From contig CAJNOF010005248.1 of NCBI GenBank assembly GCA_905250055.1, positions 1 through 7,536 of the forward strand: DNA of 7,536 nucleotides, given 5' to 3'. Below the pieces are notes generated by a model. It had not been told where the DNA came from and ran no database searches. It saw nothing but the letters and a program-made list of their open reading frames with translations. This DNA is from Rotaria sp. (Eukaryota). Each line of letters begins with the position of its first letter. The first letter of the stretch is position 1. The position numbers and the translations under genes were made by a program. This document shows positions 1 to 6,605 of this stretch, one piece after another.

Positions 1-25
1 TCGCTATTAGGGGACTTTATTCGCG

Positions 26-120
26 AAAGTAGTTTCTATCGAAATGTAATTTTCACCAAACGATAGAGCTTGCCATGTTCTGTTTGGAACATAAGAGATC
101 GGTTTTGAAACGCTTACCCC
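26..120 (+). repeat. Diverged ~100-bp direct repeat, copy 1
   Basis: Shares ordered exact blocks with copy 3: gaaagtag, ctatcgaaatg, ttttcacc, ttggaacat, then a gttgaa(a)gc-like tail, with consistent spacing. Overall identity is about 65% by eye. Confidence 0.55.
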
Positions 121-149
121 AGTGAATTAGCCCGAGAAAATGCAACGGT

Positions 150-430
150 TTTTGCAGTAACTCTCACCATAGGCTGAATTGTCGCCCACGCGGTGAAGAT
201 TTATAGACAATGGAACAGGTTGCCGAGACCCGGATTTCATCTTTGCATAGAACTCGCTGAATCATACTTGGATAATGCTATACTTTCGTTGACACATTCT
301 GCTAAACGAATTAGCCCTGGGAATCCCAGGTCGAAAAGGAAATCAAGTCGTTGTATGAGCCTTTCTTTGAGGATGGGAATATGATTATAGGCGAAGCAGC
401 CCTGAAAATACATAAACATACAATATCGAT
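150..430 (-). pseudogene. Possible decayed reverse-transcriptase fragment (non-LTR retrotransposon relic)
   Basis: The minus-strand ORF 419..237 reads FMYFQGCFAY...LGFPGLIRLAECVNESIALSKYDSASS. After a stop and frameshift it continues KSGSRQPVPLSINLHRV. This loosely follows the RT pattern F-x-D-F-x-K-A-F-D ... G-I/F-P-x-x-L-I-x-L ... G-L-R-Q-G-D-x-L-S-x-x-L-F-N-L recalled from memory. The spacing is off by about 7 aa and the frame is broken. No search was run. Confidence 0.3.
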
Positions 431-462
431 GTCGCCACAGTAAGGATGACCTCTAATAGAAG

Positions 463-572
463 AAAGATTTCTATCGAACTAAGAAAGCTATTGAGGTGCA
501 ATTTTGCACCACTGATTACAGCTCGTTGAATTGCAATTGAAATATGAGATACATTTGTTGAAACATTCTTCT
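463..572 (+). repeat. Diverged ~100-bp direct repeat, copy 2 (with internal partial duplication)
   Basis: tttctatcgaa (468-478) is identical to 34-44 of copy 1. It is followed by an extra aagaaagctattga segment, then aattttgcacc (vs aattttcacc) and gttgaaacat (vs ttttgaaacgc). Confidence 0.45.
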
Positions 573-638
573 GATAGAATCAGTGCAGAGAGTACTGGGT
601 CAAAATCACAATTGGACTGGTATGTGAGTTCTTCTCTA

Positions 639-735
639 GAAAGTAGAAAGCTATCGAAATGCTGTTTTCACCGTTGAATAAAACTCTTCGAGTTGCACTT
701 GGAACATGGAATAATGTAGTTGAAGCATTGTTTCT
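639..735 (+). repeat. Diverged ~100-bp direct repeat, copy 3
   Basis: gaaagtag(aaag)ctatcgaaatg(ctg)ttttcacc...ttggaacat...gttgaagcatt is colinear with copy 1. It runs directly into the G/T block at 736. Confidence 0.55.
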
Positions 736-803
736 GGGTGAGGGTGGGATGTGAGTGTGTGGATGTGGATGTGCTCCTCAACCATACCCACAGAACCACC
801 ACA
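736..803. repeat. Short G/T-rich block (736-774) followed by C/A-rich block (781-803)
   Basis: The sequence reads gggtgagggtgggatgtgagtgtgtggatgtggatgtgc, then accatacccacagaaccaccacacg. It shares the 10-mer gtggatgtgc (765-774) with the reverse complement of 1298-1307. Confidence 0.5.
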
Positions 804-1142
804 CGCTGATAAAAAAGCGATTTCTCAATGCTGGAAAAATACTAGGTTTATAAATAATGCTTACACAGTCTTATGACTTATGGCCTCGTGAAATTAAGTT
901 GAAATTCGCTTTTATATAGGCAGAACTTTTATTGGATGAGGCTTTAATAGAATATCCGCTAATTTCTTCAATTTATTAATCTGACAAGTATTATGAGCAA
1001 AACACAACTTTTCGGAGAAAACTGTAGGAAATCTTTGTAAAAGGCGCTTCATATTTTCCTGAGTTTGTACTTTTCTCTGAAAAAGATCAAGTTTCATCCA
1101 AGACGATGTTCAGATTATTAAATAGAAGAAACTAGCAGATAT

Positions 1143-1277
1143 GGGGTGTGAGTGTGGGTGGGGTGTGGATGTGGGTGGGTCTGGGTGTGGATGGGTGGGT
1201 GTGGGTGGTTGTGGGTGTGGGTGTGTGGGTGTGTGGGTGTGTGGGTGTGGGTGTCTGTGGGTGTGCGTGTGCGTGTG
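1143..1277 (+). repeat. Imperfect G/T microsatellite (GGGTGT / GGGTGTGT-like units), G-quadruplex-prone
   Basis: The tract is almost exclusively G and T. There are 16 runs of >=3 G between 1143 and 1261, separated by loops of <=9 nt. The three overlapping ORFs here translate to His/Thr/Pro or Gly/Val/Trp/Cys low complexity. Confidence 0.9.
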
Positions 1278-1296
1278 ATTAGTAAACAAACGAACA

Positions 1297-1335
1297 TGCA
1301 CATCCACACCCACACACAGCCTGTTATTCAACGGT
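1297..1335 (-). repeat. C/A-rich segment complementary to part of the G/T tract; possibly an inverted, internally deleted partial copy of repeat copy 3 plus its G/T block
   Basis: 1299-1311 (cacatccacaccc) is the perfect reverse complement of 1161-1173. 1324-1335 (ttattcaacggt) is the reverse complement of accgttgaataa at 670-681 in copy 3. Confidence 0.3.
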
Positions 1336-1351
1336 CGCCGCAGAGGTTTAT

Positions 1352-1418
1352 CAAAAAGAAGGATTTTTTCAAAAAAAGAAAAATGAAGGAAATTCGAAAA
1401 AAAGGTGAAAAAAAGAAC
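1352..1418 (+). repeat. A-rich low-complexity tract
   Basis: The sequence is caaaaagaaggattttttcaaaaaaagaaaaatgaaggaaattcgaaaaaaaggtgaaaaaaagaac, with repeated GAAAAAAA-like units. Confidence 0.6.
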
Positions 1419-2708
1419 TTTTGATAAGTCGTACGCTGCAACGGTAAAATTATATTAGAAGACCAGTTGTGAACAATAGGAATGAGGTCAGACGAAAATG
1501 AATTTCAAACATGAACTGTTGTCTCCTTGTCATGTGATATGTTTGTGTAACTGTCCCCCCCATATCGCAATGACTCTCTCAGCAGTTCTACAGGTAACAG
1601 ACGTGCCTCACCCACATGGATAGCTACGGTCTGCATCGATTACGAAAATTTGTGCATTATCAAAAATATCTCTTGATAGAGTATCAAAGATGTGTAATCA
1701 TTAGAAAATTATTAACTTTTGTCGTGGATCGATAGACGGACAGAAATTTTGAGAATAAATTACTAGTACGCTTGGAAATTCGACAGAACAGTCAGAAAAA
1801 TCTTCTAAAGTTTCTTTGACAAAGTTTGCAGAACCAAATCTAAGCATCCGCAGAAAGTACGGAATCAAAATGTTCAATTTTTCAAAAATGAAAATAAGTA
1901 TGCCAGGATTTTAGAGCATTGTTGGCTTTGCAATGTCGCGTGTTTTTTAAACTAACAAAATGAATTTAAAATGCTCTACTGACGTATCAACTTCTGTCTT
2001 AAAGGATCATCTGACATCAAACGTAATAGATATTCGCATTTTTTTTTGCGAAAATAGCTACATGACATTACCGAGTCGAGAGTGCTCTACAATCCTAACA
2101 TACTTATTTTCACTTTTGCAAATCGAGGATTTTGATATTGATAATCTCTTGTGGGTTTTCCCATTTGGTTGCGAAGACTGTTGAAGAAGTTCTAGAAAAT
2201 ATTTCTGATTCTACTGACCGGCTTCTGTCATGCTAGAAATTTACCCAAAACATTCTAGTCCATTTATCAACTCGCGCATACAAGTGCTTATTTTGTAGTG
2301 CATGATTTTCTGTCTATCTTCGAAAAAAATTTGCAACACAATGCAAAGAAGCCACTTTTCCAAATAGTGGGAGATAGTTACCTTAAATGCATGATTCTCG
2401 CCGAGATGTGAGAATTTTAACGTAATTAGAAATTAAGTCAGCTGGTTGACTAAATTTTGGCGTTGAAAACTGAATTCAACTGGTAAACTTTTTCCAGCTT
2501 GTAGAAAGATATTTTTTCTCGTCCCATATTTCTGCTACATCTCATTCGGATCGAGATACGTTATTACTCGCTCGATCCAGGTACGCTTTTTTCAAGCTTC
2601 TTATTTTAAACGGTGTTTCAAGATGATTTTTATGTTCTCCAATGATTTGAGTTAACTAGACAAATGTCGAAATTTCTTGATCTATGTGCATGTGCACAGT
2701 TTGAAATA

Positions 2709-2820
2709 CTTCTCAAGTTGTTTGATCGGTGTAAAGTTTAATTATAACTCATCAGTTTTTTTTACCAGAATAGTGAAAAATATATCTCTGAAACCCTAAC
2801 TCGATCAAAAACTTGAGAAG
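2709..2820. repeat. 112-bp unit bounded by a 19/20-bp inverted repeat (MITE-like or hairpin)
   Basis: cttctcaagttgtttgatcg (2709-2728) matches the reverse complement of cgatcaaaaacttgagaag (2802-2820) at 19 positions with a 1-nt indel. A third partial copy, tgatcaacttgag, lies at 2875-2887. No clear target-site duplication is visible. Confidence 0.4.
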
Positions 2821-5561
2821 CATAAAATAACTATTGTCGAAACGGAGAGATCTTGTATCATGCTTCGAATTGATTGATCAACTTGAGTTACGTCGAAGAT
2901 TGATAGTAGACTATGAGTTGAATTAAAAATAATTAACACGCATGACCCCATTCTTATCCACAAGTATCACCTTACTTACCACCAAATGTCGACTGCCTTT
3001 CTCCTTTGGTATATCAACAACAATACCAACAAAAACTGTGTTTCTTACATTCTGCTGAGTAAAAGTCTTGATCAAACGTCGATACATGATGAATGACTAA
3101 TAACGGCAGTATCTGTAAGACTGGCTATAATGTCGCTCAGCTTCAATTATGCTTGGTCACTGAGTATATGCTTGCAATTTTAAGCAGCGATCCAATTCTA
3201 GCGAAGAGCCATTTTAGATATCTCAAGTTCTGTACATATGTGCCTCCTCGTAAATTGAAGTCTTATATGCATACCTTAACATAATTATACCGAGCTTTTT
3301 ATTGTACTTGTGGTGAATTAAACATTTTCTGGAGCTCTGAGAACTCTCTATCTAAGCATTGCTCATATGTTTTCCGAAGTTTCTTAGAGCCTATTCATAT
3401 GAAAAGCAAAAAGAGAAGGAAAAGAAGGACCACTGCGGGGCCTAGTTATTGGTCTATCATTGAATAAAAATATATAGAATTGCATCATAGTAAGTTATAG
3501 AATAGGCATCAAATAATTTAATTCATCGTCAAAACGACAAGAGATATTTTGTTTATCTAAAATGTTTTATAAATCCATTAAGTGATATTGTTTGTTATGC
3601 ACTAGAAGAAATTTTAAAAATATAGCACAGATGTGAATGATGTGAGCAACGATGCGGGAACCATGTTGAGATTTTGATAATTATTCGTATGATATAAACA
3701 AATCTGAGAATGACAAAAGTTCATTGATGATAAAATGAATATTTCTCATATTTTTGTCATTTCATATTCCATCAATCTATCACCATAAAAGCTTGTAGAT
3801 AACTGTTGAGCATTCATACACAATTATTTCACAGTGCTTTACATTGTTTCTATAGTTTACATGGTTTTAATATATATTGTAGAAGTATTTTGTATATCTG
3901 TTTGTTCAGTATCATTTCATTTAGATTTTTATGATCATTTTACATAGTGCACATGAAAAACAAAAGACTCGAACAATTTAGGAAGTGAAAATAACATCGA
4001 CGTCCGTTTCTGGAACAATGTTGGATTAGAAAAGAATCAAATAGTTTGAATTTGAGTTCTGTCAAACTTTCACATGAGAAAAGAATTGTTATTTTGTTTT
4101 GTATTTCGTTGATTGAATTGAAAGATAGGACTTTAGTTGAAACTAATCTGTAAACTTGCTTCATACAGAAAACAAAAGTGTTACTAAACTGATCGATGAC
4201 TATACATGATTGTAGCATAGATTGTTTCTTACTCATAGATATAAAAGTATAGGTTTTTCCTCTAATGAGTTTTAATTTCAAGTGTAAAAAATTTTCTTTT
4301 TATCTTTTGAATGATATTATCATTCTCGTTTCCCGTAACATGGATCTGAGTGAACTTAGATGGTCTTCATCATGTGCCAAAAATCCATTCCATAGAGTGT
4401 GACTTTTTCAACTAGCACCATCTTTCTAGTTGACGAGAACATGCACTATACTTTGATCTTAGCCTAAAAAGCTGCAAAGTATTTGAACATATTCAAGAAT
4501 CAGATGCATAGTTTTTCAACATTTCTCTATTTATATTTTTCCGATTGTTACCAAAATAGATAGAATCTTCAAGCTATAATGGCGATGGGACTAACGTAAG
4601 TGCAAATCAATAGTTTTTGTTGATGTAACTTTTTAGATTCATAACAGTTGCTTGTCTTTGTTTATTGTTGTAACTTTTATTCGCTGATGTTATTTTTTTT
4701 TGTTATTAATTCCTAAGAGAAGAAGTATTTTAAAACTTTCGCAAAAGTGCTACTTGAATGATATGAATGGATTAGGATTAGGGTATAATTTTCAGCTTAA
4801 CATTCACAAATACATTTATTTTTCTCTTGATGATATACATATGTACATGTTATCTGTAGAATAAATGCTTGAAATTTAGTAGAGAAATATAAAACTGTTT
4901 GTTACTAGATTTGTCTCATAAATAATATTCTAACTCTGCATCATAAGTATTGGGAAAGATATTATGAAATAGAAACGTCGACAATATATGGCATAACTAT
5001 ACGTAATTCATATATGAACAATTGATTGGCGAATTACTGAAACCTTAATACTGAAATCGTTATGTTTATATAATAAATGTCTTTCTACATCGAACATACG
5101 TTTCCTTAGTAAAAAGAAAAAAAAAGCATTTTAGCAACTTATTCGATTATTTCACAATATTCACCCTGACTAAAGATCTGTAACATGTATTCATTCTTGT
5201 TTATGATTTATCTCAGTCCAAAGAAAATTTTTCATCAACACAGAGAAGCGACCTAGGAGCATATATTATTTGTTGATATCAACCGCAAACATTTGTATAC
5301 ATCAATATGTTTTATTTGGTATTTACTGTTTAATAGTTCAATACCATCACGAACTAGTAGAAGTATACATATGTCCGAGACAAAATTGAAGCTCAGGGGC
5401 AATATTAACCTTAGACAAAAATTTGTTTCGAAGATCACTTGTAGTTCTTTCATATAGATTTTATTTGAAGATATAATGCTATTACCAGTGACAACGATTT
5501 AAAACAGAACAACTTTTGAAAAGATCTATTTTACTAGATTTCAGATTCATCTTTTATTTAA

Positions 5562-5936
5562 CCCTTTACGGCCGATGTTGCCAAATGGCAACATTTTGCC
5601 AATATTATCTTAGGATTTATCTTAAAGTGATGAGATATAGTTCCTTAAGCGATTTGATAATTAATTACATGCATTTTAGGGCAAACCTATGCCTTTTCAA
5701 GAAAGGAGAAAGCTATTATTGACGAGAGGGATGAATTCTCCCGTCAACACCCGAAACAGCCCTCGAGTCGAATTGCTCTGTTTTCCATTTGTGCGAGCAC
5801 TCGATGCGAGAAGTAACTAGTGGTTAATTTTCCTGTCCAGATCCACTATCTATTATATCAATAAGATAAATCATTCAGTTTACTCGAAGAATAGAGTACA
5901 AGAATGTTGCCTTTTGGCAACATTCGGCCGCAAGGG
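5562..5936 (+). mobile_element. MITE-like unit A (375 bp)
   Basis: The left end (5562-5595), CCCTTTACGGCCGATGTTGCCAAATGGCAACATT, aligns with the reverse complement of the right end (5903-5936), CCCTTGCGGCCGAATGTTGCCAAAAGGCAACATT. That gives 31 matches in 35 aligned columns. The left flank is TTAA and the right flank is TACA. Confidence 0.55.
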
Positions 5937-6474
5937 TACAAAAAGTTGCGAATATTGAATTATTTTTCCTCGATGGAAGTCCAATAATTTGCTGTTAGTT
6001 TTAGTCCAGATTATCAAACAAAAGCATACTTTGTTTATCTGCCCACCTCTTACAGCCTCAATGTGCGATATATTCCCATAATACTCAAAAACTTTCCGAG
6101 ATAGTGCACATTGCACCTATTTTCTCCAGAGACGCTCACAAATTCAGCGAGATTCTAACAAGATTTACAGTACATCATAGTATTCCTATTCAGACTACTA
6201 TAAAACATTACTAGTCTTGTTAAAATCTTACTAAATTCATGGGCTTCCCTAGGGAAAATAGGTGAAATTTGCACTATTTCAGAAAGTTTTTGAGTATTTT
6301 GGCAATATATTGCACATTGAGGCTGTAAGAGGTAGGCAGATAAACAAAGTATGCTTTAGTTTGACAATCTGGACTAGAACCAACAGCAAATTATTGGACT
6401 TCCATCGAGGTAAAATAATTCACTTCTCCCAACTTTTTGTACCCTTGCGGCCGGTTGTTGCCAAAAGACAACAT
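5904..6474. repeat. 571-bp near-complete palindrome (foldback): arms 5904-6164 and 6214-6474
   Basis: Paired positions always sum to 12378, so there are no indels. By hand count there are 20 mismatches in the outer 213 bp and 12 in the inner 48 bp, giving 229/261 (~88%). Residual pairing continues almost to the axis at 6189, for example atagta (6177-6182) with tactat (6196-6201). Confidence 0.92.
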
Positions 6475-6605
6475 GTTGGCATTCGGCTCACTATCAGTTC
6501 TTTTAACTCGAAGATGAATTTCTGTAACCTCCACATCTAAGAGACAAAGAATATATAGAAGGAGAATTTTTTGCTTGCTATCTTCTGGTAGCCGGCCGTA
6601 AAGGG
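6442..6605 (+). mobile_element. MITE-like unit B (164 bp)
   Basis: The left end CCCTTGCGGCCGG (6442-6454) aligns with the reverse complement of the right end (6592-6605), CCCTTTACGGCCGG, at 12 matches in 14 columns. The left flank is TGTA and the right flank is TTAA. A degenerate TTGTTGCCAAAAGACAACAT hairpin motif lies at 6455-6474. Confidence 0.45.

Noticed and set aside
1143-1277. G/T tract as a telomeric (TG1-3-like) repeat
   Set aside because: It is internal to the window, with complex sequence on both sides. The units are irregular and there are no subtelomeric features. A simple degenerate microsatellite is the sufficient explanation.
1110-1424. Three overlapping ORFs (73, 65 and 90 aa) across the G/T tract, encoding His/Thr/Pro-rich or Gly/Val/Trp/Cys-rich peptides
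   Set aside because: They are translations of a two-letter microsatellite. They stay open in several frames on both strands only because G/T and C/A repeats lack stop codons. There is no start context or domain.
2509-2579. A segment bounded by ttttccag| and |gtacgc (acceptor- and donor-like), open in two frames and containing an 8-bp stem hairpin (ggatcgag at 2548-2555 with ctcgatcc at 2571-2578)
   Set aside because: At 71 nt with no recognisable peptide, it has weak signals that are common by chance. The hairpin is short with a 15-nt loop. This is not enough to call an exon or an RNA element.
3940-4281. Longest ORF in the window (113 aa, minus strand)
   Set aside because: It is rich in Leu, Ser, Phe, Lys, Ile and Asn, as expected from AT-rich non-coding DNA. 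It has no recognisable motif and no flanking splice or start signals that I can defend. One ORF of this length is plausible by chance in 7.5 kb across six frames.
4408-4433. Perfect 8-bp stem with a 10-nt loop (tcaactag ... ctagttga)
   Set aside because: It is an isolated short hairpin with no adjacent T-tract, gene or repeat context. Hairpins like this are expected by chance at this scale.
4579-4601. ATGGCGATGGGACTAAC followed by GTAAGT, which looks like a tiny first coding exon (M-A-M-G-L) plus a splice donor
   Set aside because: Five codons cannot be evaluated. The nearest acceptor-like TTTTTAG is only ~41 nt downstream, and the frame beyond it is not convincingly open.
4769-4783. ggattaggattaggg resembling insect TTAGG telomeric repeats
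   Set aside because: There are only about two units, interrupted by an extra A, and the motif is isolated in unique sequence. This is most likely chance.
5880-6540. A pair of similar ORFs on opposite strands (78 aa and 92 aa, ~82% identical) that could be read as divergently encoded paralogous small proteins
   Set aside because: They are the two arms of the 571-bp palindrome read in mirrored frames, and both begin at GTG. Of the 18 codons that differ, 13 are non-synonymous, which is about the neutral expectation. The similarity stops exactly where the nucleotide inverted repeat stops.
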